Assembly (NCBI RefSeq): GCF_001194135.2
Contig: NC_068989.1
Coordinates: 29,133,030-29,197,029, forward strand
Length of the DNA stretch: 64,000 nucleotides
Reading direction: 5' to 3'
DNA from: Octopus bimaculoides
Lineage: Eukaryota
Shown: in pieces, positions 26,181 through 39,299 of the stretch
Layout of the letters: every line of letters begins with the position of its first letter
Numbering within the stretch: position 1 is the stretch's first letter
The notes under the pieces: model-generated
Seen by the model: the letters and a program-made list of their open reading frames with translations, nothing else
The model's database searches: none
Told to the model about the DNA's origin: nothing
Position numbers and translations under genes: made by a program

Positions 26181-27949
26181 ATGAAGAGATTACAAAAACA
26201 AAATTAAATTACAGGAAATGGGGAAGGTCAAGAAAAATACAACTGTATAGAGGCATTGTAACTAAAGTAAAAATTGGACAGATAGAATGGGAGCTGACAG
26301 GTTGCCAAAGTTGTGATAACAGTTCAAAGAGGTCATAGTTGAAACTGTGTCTATAAAGAAGTCACTTTTAGGATGTTGTAAAAAGGCTACAGATGAGATA
26401 CTGACTGAAAGAAAGCATCATAGTTGGGACAATAACTGCCAAGACTACCCACTAGGGACAGTAGCTGTAAAGTCATGCCATGTGGTACAGTAGAGACAGT
26501 GGTTGTAAGGACATACCAGTTAGGGCAGCGAATGTATGGACATACCAACATTTCTTACCCTTGTATCATCCTGTGTTTGTATGAGATGTGCCCAGTTTAC
26601 ACTTTACACCTACAATCTAAAACCTAGCGCCAAATATATTTTAGCCCAGTCTGATGTTCAATGGTTACCAATGAGAGACAAACAGACAGACAGCCACAGA
26701 GAGAGAGAGAAATATTACATTTAGCAAGCATGGCAGAATAGTTAAGAAGTATATTTTGCAATCATGAAGTATTCAATGCATGGCACCTTCAACAAGTTTT
26801 TTTAACAATAATCTTACCTAACATAAAAGGTATATGGAAATAGTTATATTTACAATTCAATGAGTAGATAGTTCCTTTGATTGAAAGAGGGGGTGATTTA
26901 TCATCAAAACTGACAAAGATCTATTTATTTAACAGTGAAAAACAAGTTGGTACTATAGGAATTTTCTTTTTAGGGCATAGATCTTATTTTCTTTAGATGT
27001 TCAAAATATTGATATTAACCATAGGTATAATGTCTGAAATTAACCTATGTCAACCCCAAACATTTTGACTGATGCTTTATTGACCTGTGGAAAGCTGAAG
27101 ACAAAATATTAAACACTGCACTGAGGAAAGATATATTATTTTCCATAGGCAAAAAATAAATACATGAATAAATAACAATTAAAATCAATAATATAGTCTG
27201 TTTCTTAATGCTGAGTATCATAAAATTCAATAAAAAAGAAATTTATGATTCTAAAGTCACAGATCAATGCAAGATCTTAGGTTACTGATACTTTAACTTT
27301 AGTTAAATACCTACTTTTCAGCAACTTTTTCTTTGTTTTGTACAAAGAATAATGCTATATTTTCTGAAAGTTCTTTAAAGCAACAAGTTTTATAAAAATG
27401 AAAATGTGCTCTAATAGCATAAAATAGTCTAATAACAGAGAAGAAATACAGGGTGCGGCAGAAGTAATGCCCTTTTTGCATTTAATAACTTTTATAGCAT
27501 TCTAGACTTACTACCCAGCCTTGCCCAGTAAAGTATTCATGGAATTGGTTGCCAGTTTGTAGAATGGGAATATATGGTACTTCTGGACTTATTTAATTGA
27601 AACTATGCAAACAATAGTAATCAGCTTACATGAGCAGAGGTTTTGGCACTACTTAAATACAGAGGTCCCAAACAGTGCACACTCGTTAGGGTTACATTCC
27701 TTTTATATCATTACGTAGATGGGTCAGGACCTCTGTATTTAAGTAGTACCTGAAAATTACCCCTTACTTTCATTTTAAAATGAAAGAGAGGAGAAAGTGA
27801 AAGATGTATGAATGTGTATATGAAATGGATGTGTGTGCGTGAGAGAGAGAGAGAGAGAGAGAGAGAGTGCCACACATACATGTGAACACACACGTTCACT
27901 CATTCACTCACTCACTCACACATTCTCTCTCTCTCTCACAAGTACATCG

Positions 27950-29170
27950 TTGTCAATGGATGTTGGCTCTGTCCATTATTTGAGCTGCGCTCCTTTTGTC
28001 TATTTGTGTGCATGTATGTGTGTCAGTGTGCATGTGTGTTTGTGTATATATGTGTATATTTATGTGTGTACCTGTCTCCTTGTGTGTGCGTGTTTGAGTG
28101 TCTACATGTATGAGTTTGTGTGACTGTGTACGTGCGTCTGTTATGTATGGGTATGTATCTTCATATGTCTTTGTGTGTATGCGTATATGTGTGTATATGG
28201 TCATGTGTTTCTGTCTCTTTTTGTGTATGTGCTTTTCTGTCTATATTACCTATGTACCTATTAATCTACTTACCTATGTATCTATCTGTTTACCTATATA
28301 TCCATTTACCTATCCATATATATAAATTTGTCTACCTAACATCCTACTAGCAAATGTTCCTATGCAAGTATATTATGTGGGTATTTGGGTACCACTGCCT
28401 TCTAAGTGTATTTCCTATTTAGTACAGGGGGTGTTTCATTTACAAGGATGTACTCCTGTATTTGTCAGAGTGATGGATCCTTCAGGTGTATGGATATCTG
28501 CATTTTATCCAAGCACTCGAAGGACCCATCACTCAGACAAATACAGGAGTACATCCTCATAAATGAAACACCCCCTGTACTAAATAGGAAATACACACTG
28601 AAGGCAGTGATACCCCAATACCCACATAATATACTTACATAGGTACATTTGCTAATAGGATGTTAGGTAGACACATTTATATATATGGGTAGGTGAATGG
28701 ATATGTAAGTAAACAGATAGATGCATAGGTATTCGGTACATAGGCAATATAGACAGACACACACACAAAAGGAGATGGAAACACACGACCATATACACAC
28801 ATACACTCCACACACACGCATACACACAAAGACATATGGAGATGCATATCCATACATAACAGATGTACATACATAGTCACACGAACTCATACACACACAT
28901 GAATATGCAGAATACATTTATACATACGTACACACACGCATATGATGTACATACATGCATACACAAACACATGCACACTGGCACACACACACACATGTAC
29001 AAACAGACAGATAACTCCAATAACAGAGTCAACATCCATTGACAAGGTTGCAAAAGCAATAAAAATTTTGGAAGAAAAAAATATATCAATAATGAATGGA
29101 AATTGAACTGGTGCATGTGCTACATATTAAGGCATTAAAACAGTATGACTCTCTCCAGACAACAAAATAA
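27950..29170. mobile_element. Penelope-derived fold-back element (inverted pseudo-LTR pair)
   Basis: Arms 27950-28496 and 28506-29046 are inverted around a 9-nt loop. The centre encodes ILSKHSKDPSLRQIQEYILINETPPVLNRK, matching the GIY-YIG C-terminus of the copy at 39900-39990. Confidence 0.8.
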
Positions 29171-29929
29171 TAATTGAATAGTAAAGTATTGTTATGCTAT
29201 GATATAATGAGTACAGGACTTAGAACATTTGATTAACTATTAACTGACTGACAGGGATAACAATTTACAAGCCAACAAACAGGCCACTATTTTTGTTGTT
29301 GCTTGACTTGCAAGAAATAGCAGCCAAATCTCCCTGAACTTGCATACAATGGTCATAAAACAAAAGGGAGAGCATATAAGGTAATGCAGTTCTAGATAAA
29401 TGTAGTTCTAGATACACTATGTCTGCAAAAACAAAAAAGTAGAAATAAATAAAGGTAAAAATGAGATGGTATGGCTGAAATGTATCTGAGGGTTGCTTTG
29501 CTCATGCAGGAATGCCCAGGGCTAAACAATAATTTCTAGTTCTTATCAAATAAAATCAATATGATATTAATATCAAATTCAAAATATAAATAACATTAAA
29601 TAACACACCAGTTGTTGGTTTCAAGAGAACTGCTGAGATGCAAAGACAGTTTCAAACATAAAGATACATCCCATTCTATCCTTCCATCATTGAGAAGAGA
29701 TTCTAAATAATTCTGATTTTATAAGTCTGGTGTTAGCATCAGTCCTGCATAAAGCCCTAACATTTGTAGATGGTGAGCAAATGTTGATGCAATACAGTGT
29801 TGACAGGAATAACAGGTGTTTAGAATAACAGAATCTATTTGGTAATGATATGGAAGTTTATAACAACCTGTCTAAACTGACAAACAAAACTCACCTCATT
29901 AAACTTTGTGTATTCTTTGAGTAATTATA

Positions 29930-30730
29930 TACAGGGTGTTTAGGCTAAATTTGACAATTTTTATGCCTCCTCTTTTCAAGAGCAGCTTCATGTATTGGTG
30001 AACAGTCAATAGCAAAACAGAGCATAAAGGGTTGAGAAAAAGTTAGCTGACATGAAGGACTGGAAACCATCTGAATATTACCTGATTTACACCAGGTATC
30101 AAAACACCAATATCATAACTGTAAAGGCTGCAAGATGCAACATAGACAACTGCAACAGAGACGGACACAATAGTTGTTCTGACTGCATCCACATGTCAGA
30201 ATTCATAACTACATCTTTGAACAGGATCTTAGGCTCAATTCAGATGGCTACATGAAGCTGCCAAAGACTATGGCCAAACCGCAGCTGGAAAGGGTGACTG
30301 CTGGAAGGCCACATGTGTGGCAACAGGATTTGACTCCTTGCCATACCTTTGGAAAGGGTTGGAAGTAGTTGGAGAATTTCTACAACTTCATCAGCTCCAA
30401 TTTATGGCCTCCTAATTCCCACAAATGTAACCCCTTGTGCGGGATGCAGTTGAAAAAGACAGCAACTGCTCTGCCTGAAACACCAAGGCCAAACTGATGA
30501 CTAAGATCATGGAGGTGTTCAAAGATCTTTCTAGGGACAAAGAGGTTCCAGAGCCATCATGAGGCTGTGGTGGAAGCTGGGGATGGCTACTTTGAGTAAA
30601 CTGTTATCTCCTAGCCATAATGTAGTTGATATTTTTTGATTTTTTAAAAAAATACTTATATTTTTGGATGGAATATTGTGTTTTGTTTTCTTTTTATGCA
30701 AACTATCAAATTTGGCCCCAACTCGTTATC
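29930..30730 (+). mobile_element. Tc1/mariner-superfamily (DD37D-like) relic, internally deleted
   Basis: Start tatacagggtgtttaggctaaatttgac with a degenerate inverted copy tcaaatttggcccc near 30706. Internal reading gives HVWQQD..LWPPNS..EAVVEAGDGYFE*. Confidence 0.75.
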
Positions 30731-32249
30731 ATCAGGATTCTTTAACAGTAAGAATAGAATAAAATGTCAGAACAATGTGAGAAATTGGTCAAATCCTGTG
30801 GATGGAGATACGCTGAAGTCATTAAAAAGAAGTGATTGTACACACCTTATTAATATATTGATGTGGATTGTAAAAATTTCTGGCACAATTTTGATTTCTT
30901 TAATTTTATGCCATGTGTTCTCTAATTTTGTCCACTTTGTGTTTTTCTCTTATAGATTATATAGTTATTAATCACTCCCTACCAAATTTATTGTAAATAA
31001 TGAACATACTTTAAAGTATATACAGTAAAAATCGCATTCAGAAAAATGAAGTAGAAATGTAAATATTTTAATTTTTATATTTTCTTGGCCACGACTGTAA
31101 ATATGTTTGTCTGTTTCTCTCTCTTAAAGTACATACCCCCATCTCTCTCACTCCCCTCTCTCTCTCTCTCTCTCTCTTTCTCCTTTACAAGTTTAATTTG
31201 TTATCATAACTATTTTTTCCTGGTAGTTCTGTGTAACAGATGACTATAAATAAACATTTTGTAGCAGAGCTGAAGTGTCTCCACCAACAATATTTTTTAT
31301 GTATGAAATCTTTGGTATATCTTTGTATTGTTAGTTTGTTATTATTGTTTGGTGGCACTGATCAAGGAGGTCTATGATCAAAGATATTCTAGCCCTGATC
31401 ATCCTATCTTTTGTATTCAGACTTACAGGCATAGGTGTTGCTGTCTGATTAAAAAGTTTTCTACCCAACCACATGGTTTTGGGTTCAGTTCCACTGCATC
31501 ACACCTTGAGCAACCATCTTCAGCTGTACACCCAAATATTAATCACACACATACACACAAACGTTCACACATATATACCCCATCCTACCAAATATAAAAC
31601 ACACAAACCCATATACACACGCCACAGTAAACTCTGGGACCAATCAAAAACAGCCCACACAAACACATGTATATACACACACACATAGAGACTTGCACAG
31701 AGACACACACACTCAAACCATTCTGACCTCTAAGACCAGTCCCAAAAACCACTGAACCATGACGGACTAGACCAGAAACAAAAAAATCCTTTTAATTCTA
31801 CATTGCTCTTCCTTCTCTCCACCCCAACCAGCCTCCCACACTGTCCCTTAAAGTAGCAAACATTCCCTAGCTACACACAAGAGAGAAAACATGTTAAAAA
31901 GACAGGTAGGTTCCTCTCCAATTTTTGGTAAATCCTTAGATATATCTCCTTCTGTGTATCATGCTCTGGTCTCTGTTTTGGCATTGTTTCAGTGGCTTGA
32001 TGCCCTTCCTAACAGCAATCACTTTGCAATGTGTACTTTTTCGTATCACTAGTAATATAGAGGTCACCATGTAACTTGGAAGTCTACAATCCCGAGGAGG
32101 GGATGTGCTGCATCCATGTTACAGGGGGATTAACCCATTACTTGCAATGAACCCCATTTGGTGATCTGCTAAAACAGTTTCACTGTTCGTTGTATTTAAA
32201 GTGAATTGCTTGTGTACATTGCATTTGCAGAGGTGTGTTTAACAATATC

Positions 32250-32580
32250 TATAGGCGTAGGAGTGGTTGTGTGGTAAGTAGCTTGGTTACCAACCACATG
32301 ATTCCGGGTTCAGTCCCACCGCGTAGCACCTTGGGCAAGTGTCTTCTACTATAGCCCCGGGCCGACCAAATCTTTGTGAGTGGATTTGGTAGACGGAAAC
32401 TGAAAGAAGCCCATCGTATATATGTATATATTATACGTATGTGTGTGTCTGTGTTTGTCCTCCCAACATCACTTGACAACCGATGCTGATGTGTAACTTA
32501 GCGGTTCAGCAAAAGAGACCGATAGAATAAGTACTAGGTTTACAAAGAATAAGTCAGGGGTTGATTTGCTTGACTAAACA
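32250..32580 (+). mobile_element. Well-preserved composite CORE-like SINE (tRNA head, core, TA/TG linker, extra tail)
   Basis: ggcgtaggagtggttgtgtggtaag..ccgggttcagtccc..caccttgggcaagtgtcttctactatagcc..gaaagaagcccatcg, then a tail matching 57950-58140 in reverse. Confidence 0.85.
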
Positions 32581-35519
32581 AGTAAAAGAGAGTTTGTCAT
32601 TATTAGCTCTGGCTAATTCTAGAGGACATTTTATGGCATAAATTGCAATTTTTGAACTACAAAAATATTGACTGTTTTGAAAAGGTTTTTTTTTCTTTGC
32701 ATTTCCCATCTATATCATTCATTGATATTTCATACACATTTGCATTTGATGCTATAGTTAAAAAAAAAAAAAAACTAAAATGTTTATCATTTCAATTGAA
32801 TAGAAAAGGATAAATATGCTTTTTTTCAGTGACCCCCATTTAAAATATGTAACATTATGATAGCTGGTGACAATATCATGTTCTATTTCACAAATGGCTA
32901 GGTTCTGCAGCCATTGTACTGAATGATCTCCACCACAGTTTTAACGACAGGTTGCATTAAAAACATTAATATATGAAATCTTTACATTTCTTTCCTCAGG
33001 CACAGATTTTGTTTTCCTATCCTTGTGATTTGTCTTTTTTATGACAAACCTATTACATTAAATGTTGGCAGTTAATCTATCTCTATTGAGGATTGCGTGG
33101 GGACATTATTGATTTCACTATGCCACAGCTGTTACCATTTCTACCAGAACTGTTAAAATTTTCAGATGGTTAAGTCTTCATTGTAGAATTGTGGAAATTG
33201 TCCATGTTACAGGAAAGATTGTAAATAATTTAAAAAACCCATATTCGGATTTTCTCTTTTTTCCCTGCTCTCCATTCCCCCTGCCAACTGACAGTGGTAT
33301 AATGAACCTCAATTACTTTCATTATTAATAGATAATTATATATTATGTTTGATGTTCTTTGTTGCTTCAGAGAAAATAGTTCTAGCATTTGTTTAATAAA
33401 TATTTTGCTTGAAATTTACCAGGAATCTATCATGATAATTGATCCTTGTTGTTTTGATTGATAATACCTTTTTTTTTCTTTCTCTAATGTAATTAATTAG
33501 TTATTAATTGGATGTTTGCATGGATATACAGCTCAAAGAGTTAAATCTCTTGCTAGCATGCTATTTATAAGTGATCTGATATTCAACAGCAAAAGAAAAC
33601 CTAGGTGCTAATTATATTTTGGATGAAAGTATTTATGTAATATTTCATTTATACTATTTTATTGACTAGATAGAACTGTCAATTATATAATTACTACTAG
33701 CAATATAAACAAAACTTACGAGATGAGTGAAGCTACTAAATTTCTAACACATTATTTTCATTTATTATCATGCCAGCTATGCTTGACTGGACTTATGTGC
33801 ATATGTGTGCCAATTAATTTCATAAATTTAAGTTCTTCAAGTGTATTTTTCATCTACTACAATTTACATCCTTACAAGCCTTGCTATTCTTTTCTTCTAT
33901 TAACACCATATATTCACTTAGCATGACCTTTGGTCAAGGGGCTATTATTCTCACCAAGTTGACAATCCATTTAGCTTTATCTGTGAGTTCCATACATCTA
34001 AAAGATGTCTTACTTTCATTATACTTAAAACAAAGCTTCCTCAACAGGCGATCAGTTTTGCTATGTGATTTTATTTTATTGATAGTTTTGATAATTAAAT
34101 TAAGTGAATAATGTAGAATAGGATACATATTTTGCTAAATGACTATGTTTGTGAACAATGCAAATATACTGTGATGATTACAGGATAGGTTTTTATCAAA
34201 TGCCTCTTGGCCACTGAGGTAGCATAATCAATTGCAAATGATATATTTTCCTATGAGATTTTGTTTCTGTCAAACTTAGATCTTAATAAAAACAGATTCC
34301 TCAGTTGTGTTGGTACACATACATCATTGAAATAATGTACTTACGCTATGAGAAGGGTGTTGTTATCAACGTCATTAAGATAATGTCGCAACACCATAAG
34401 AAGTGTGCCATTATTGACAATTGTGGACTTGTCAACCCAAACTGAAAAATTAAACCCCCACCCACCGTCTTTCAACTTGTTATTCTTCAATATTCAGAGA
34501 CATTTCAACAATTCATTTTTAAACTGAATTTTTGCTTAGTGGTAAATATTTTAAGATACCTAAAATATTGTTATACCTCACATTTGAGGTATAAAAATAC
34601 TTTAGTTTCTAACATAGGTTTTATAACCTTATCAGTAATTGTATGGCTGTACAAATTTTTACAACACTAACTTCAACTCATTTGCTATATTTTTTCGCAA
34701 AACTGTATAAGCTAGGTTGGTACACAAAATTGGTCTTCATTTTTTTTTTTAATAGTCAACAGTTTTATTAGCTTTATCTGGAAGTTTCCTTTTTAAATGA
34801 ACAAAAGATCTTGAAACTTTTTAAGCTTTATTTAAAAGAATGCTTATTACATAAAAGGACTTTTGGATTGTTAGAAAGGTATAAGCTATAGCATTGTTGA
34901 TACGTTTTCTTTGCTTTATCACAAAAGCATCCCCCCCTCCCCGACTTTGGAAGGTCATAACTTTCAGAAAAATGAATATTTTTTTATGAAATTTTCTATG
35001 CATATATGATTTATTATGTAGATTCCGAATTTACAAAAATTTTTGGTGAAAGTGTTTTGGAATGGGGGTGGGGGACAATTTTCGGAAATTCCAACAGAGT
35101 CCACTTAAATTCCTCTTAACTTCCAGGAAAATGAATATTTTTTCGTGAAATTTTCTACAAATATACCTTGATGTATGTACATTTCGAGCATGTAGGAATT
35201 TTGAAGGAAACAACTGCAGGTTATTTTTGAGAAGNNNNNNNNNNNNNNNNNNNNNNNNNNNNNNNNNNNNNNNNNNNNNNNNNNGCATCCGTAGATTTGT
35301 AATGAAGTAATACGCTGCTTCTGTTCTCTTCTACTTCTCTACTAGAAACGTTTACTTTGGAATTTACTTCTATTGAGAAAAAAAAATCATGTGCATGTTA
35401 TTTTTAACGTAAGTTTTCTTATGACGGCTTCTCTTTTCTGCTTATTACTTCATTAGAAATCTACGGATGCACATACGCACATAATAGAGAAAAATGAAAC
35501 AATTATGGACGACTTGCTC

Positions 35520-38395
35520 CGAAACACCACCGAGTGGGGAACACTTCTCAAAAATAACCTGCAGTTGTTTCCTTCAAAATCAGGTAACTCTGCTAGCCAG
35601 ATTGATTTCATCCTCAGAATTGCTCTTAAATACAAAGACCCTCCCTGGTGAAGAATGTACCCCCCAGCATCGACAAGTTATTAGTGACTTTAGACTCAAG
35701 GCCAGAGGGATGCCAAGAAGCAGACCAATCCAGAAAAGGATTTGGAAGGTAAAGAACCCTTATACATGGTCAGAGATTTAGGGACATCCTCACGGAGAAA
35801 TTTGATGAGAGTGAGGAAAAGCTACAGACTTCGGGTATAGAGGGTAACTGGAAATTCCTATGGGACAACTTACTGAGCACCACAGACCAAATCTGCAGCT
35901 GGTGCAAAGTCCCTTCCAGACTAAGAGTAACGTGGTGGTGGAATAATACAATAGACAAGGCCATTAGAATAAAGAAACAGGCCTGGAAAGCCAGGAAGAG
36001 TGGAAGTAGCTGGGAACTGTACCAGATAGCCAAAGGGAGGCTGGGCAACAGGTATACATAGCTAAGGGAGAAGCAGAAATGAAGAAGTTTGCCAATGTTC
36101 AGTGATGTGAGGACCAAAGAACTGAAGTATTCCAGATTGCAAGACAGTGTGTGAGAGAAAATTGTGATGTCACAGGAGAGAAATATGTCCGCATGGATGA
36201 TGGTGCACTTGCTTTTAATGATTCAGAAAAGAAAGAGGCTTGGAGAAGCCATTATGAAAGGCTGCTGTATTTGGAGAATCAATGAGTGGAGGACAGCCTG
36301 CTAAATGTTGACCCAGTAGAGGGACCAGACACCCAAATAGATAACACTCTGGTAGATAAAGCAATTAAGGATATGAAATCAGGAAAAGCCCCCAGCCCAT
36401 CAAGAATCACTGCTGAGATGATTAAAATATCTGGTGGTGTGGATTATGGTCTAGTCACCCATATTGTAAACCAGGTAGTTCATGAAGGAGACATACCCAA
36501 TGACTGGCATAGCAGCACCATAGTCAACTGCTACAAAGGTAAAGGTGATGCTTTAGATAGAAATAACTACAGGGATATCAAACTGCCGGATCAGGTGATG
36601 AAGGTCATGGAGAGGGTCATAGCCCAACTAACCTGGTACAGCAACTGCAGGAGAAATACCGAACCAAAGATAAAACCCTATACTTGGTTTTGTTGACTTG
36701 GAGAAAGCCTTTGACAGGGTCCCCCGATCCCTTATCTGGTGGGCAATGTGGAAACTGGGGATTGATGAGTGGTTAATAAGAGCAGTACAGGGATGCCTTG
36801 TACAGGGATGTCAGCAATGAGTATAGTGAAGAATTCTGGATACAAGTAGAGATTCACCAAGGTTCGGCCATCAGCTCCCTTTTATTCATCATAGTCCTCC
36901 AGGCAATAACAGAGGAATTCAAGACAGGATGCCCCTGGTAGCTCCTCTATGCTGATGACCTTGCTCTCACAGCAGAATCACTACTAGAACTAGAAAAGAA
37001 ATTTCAGGTGTGGAAGCAGGGTTTAGAATCAAAGAGCCTTAAATTCAGTGTTCCAAAAACCGAAGTCCTAGTAAGTAGGAAGGCGAACACATCACAAACC
37101 TCCTGAGGTAGATGGCCCTGTTCGATCTATAGAAAAGGTGTAGGTAGAAATTCCATAAGATGTACCCAGTGTAAGCTATGGACGCATAAGAGGTGTAGCA
37201 ACATCAAAGGAAGGTTAACCAGGAAGGTAGCTTTTGTGTATGGCAGATGCACAGGGGCAATAAACACCGCAGATGCTCAGAAAACTGATTCCATCACATG
37301 CCAGGGGGAGAAACTAGAAGTAGTTTATAGCTTCCACTACCTAGGTGACTAAGTCAGTAGTGGGGGTGGATGCTCAGAGAGCGTTGCCACTAAAATAAGA
37401 ATATCCTGGGCAAAGTTCAGAAAGCTCTTATCTCTACTGGTGACAAAGGGCCTCTTGCTTAGAGTGAAAGGTAGATTGTATGATGCTTGTGTGCGAACAG
37501 CCATGCTACATGGCAGTGAAACATGGGCTTTGACTGCTGAAGACTTGCATAGGCTCAAAAGAAATGAAGCTAGTATGATCCGCTGGATGTGTAATATCAG
37601 TGTGTACACAAGACAGAGTGTAAGCGCCCTGAGAGAAATGTTGGACATAAGAAGCATCAGATGTGGTGTGCATGAGAGACAACTGCGCTTGTATGGTCAT
37701 GTGCTATGTATGGATGAAGAGATCTATGGGAAAAAGTGTCACTCCCTAACAGTAGAAGGAACCCAAGGAAGAGGGAGACCCAGAAAGACATGGGATGAAG
37801 CATGACCATCCAACATTCGGCCTCAAAGAGGCAATGACAAAAGGCTGAGACATCTAGAGATATGCTGTAATTGAGAAGACCCAGCAAGGAAAGTGAGATC
37901 ACAGCTGTAGCCTATGCCAGTGTTGCATAACGAGCTCATTTAAAAAGTACCTTTGAATCGTCGGGCGACATGCCATGCTTGAAGAAACCTATTGAGTCAA
38001 GTAAATCAAATCACAATCAAATGGAAATTGTAGTTGTGGCCGATACCAGTGCTGGTGGTACACAATAAGCACCATTCATGCGTGGGTCGTTGCCAGGTCC
38101 ACCTGACTGACTCCCTGTGCCAGTGGCACATAAAAAGCACCATCCGAACGTGGTCAATGCCACCCTTGACCGGCTCCTGTGCCAATGCCAGTGCTGCCTG
38201 ACTGGCTCCTGTGCCGGTGGCATGTAAAAAGCACCCACTATACTCTCGGAGTGGTTGACATTAGGAAGGGCATCCAGCTGTAGAAACATTGCCAGATCAG
38301 ATTGGAGCCTGATGTGGCCTCCTGGCTTGCCAGTCCCCAGTCAAACCGTCCAACCCATGCCAGCATGGAAAATGGACATTAAATGTTGATGATGA
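35520..38395 (+). mobile_element. RTE LINE, 5'-truncated (EN end, RT, 3' UTR), decayed
   Basis: VEGPDTQID..CYKGKGDALDRNNYRDIKL, LEKAFDRVP, LYADDL (36945-36962), GRLYDACVRTAMLHGSETW and GRGRPRKTWDE; 3' UTR ends gatgatg. Confidence 0.92.
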
Positions 38396-38481
38396 TTGTT
38401 CTTTAAAGGAGGGAATGGATAGAAAAGGATATGAAAATCTATTCATCTAAAACTCTTAAAGATTTTCTTCATCTCCCTTTC

Positions 38482-38516
<35 letters not shown>

Positions 38517-39299
38517 TTCTCAGTCTTAAAGTTAAAAGTTTATCTGTTTCATTATTAAGTTGATTTAATTCCAAAATGAATGTCACTTTTAAGGGATGAG
38601 CTGAAATTTCATACTTAAACAAAATCAAAGTGAATTAAAAACTGATTAGAAAGAAATTCTGAAACAAATAAAAATGCTGTGTCCATCAGTTATATCATTT
38701 TTTTTTGGTAATTAAACAGAAATGTCAGCATAACCCAGAGAAAATATTTTATAGGGGTCGCTAGAAATTCATTCTGATAGGGGTCACTGTATTAATAAAA
38801 CAAACTATTGGCTGTATCAAACTTTGAGTTTCATTACAAACATTTACAGAGAATTGATTCATTTCATAAAATGGAAAATAATTCACAAAAACATAAAATA
38901 AAACCAGCAAAAGAAAAAAAGGAAAGAAATGTAGCCATTTAGGTGAGGTGGAGAGAATTAGGTATAGAGAAGTAGCTAAAATATTATAACTTGTCACTTA
39001 GCTTTGACAAGGTATTTTAAGGCTGGTAGTCTACATCATATCTTATTACAGGTAAATTAAAATGAATTTAATTACAAAATATTTATTACAACCATTTAAG
39101 AGAGTAATTAATTTTTCTCCCTAAACAGATCAAGATATATTTTATTGTGTCTGGGGCAAGTCATTCTCTTTTAGTGCCTTATTCATTTAAAACACTCACC
39201 GATTTCCACTCATTTGCTTATTTATTTTTACTAAAATTTTCATTGCGACTTGCAACTTTTTCAATAGTCATTAACTCTGTCTGTTATCAGAATTGCATC

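Noticed and set aside
29895-29914. 20-nt microexon candidate with a strong gtgagt donor
   Set aside because: Poor acceptor without a pyrimidine tract, abutting a transposon end, and not frame-preserving.
36945-36962. CTGATGA here, at ~54286 and near position 10
   Set aside because: These are RTE coding sequence (YADD motif, or KLPDQV-equivalent region on the other strand) with no properly placed GAAA or stems; not hammerheads.
39036-39057. Plus-strand tcttattacag|gtaaat ratchet-like motif
   Set aside because: Weaker donor, opposite to the only proven gene; recorded as a reminder that such motifs arise by chance.
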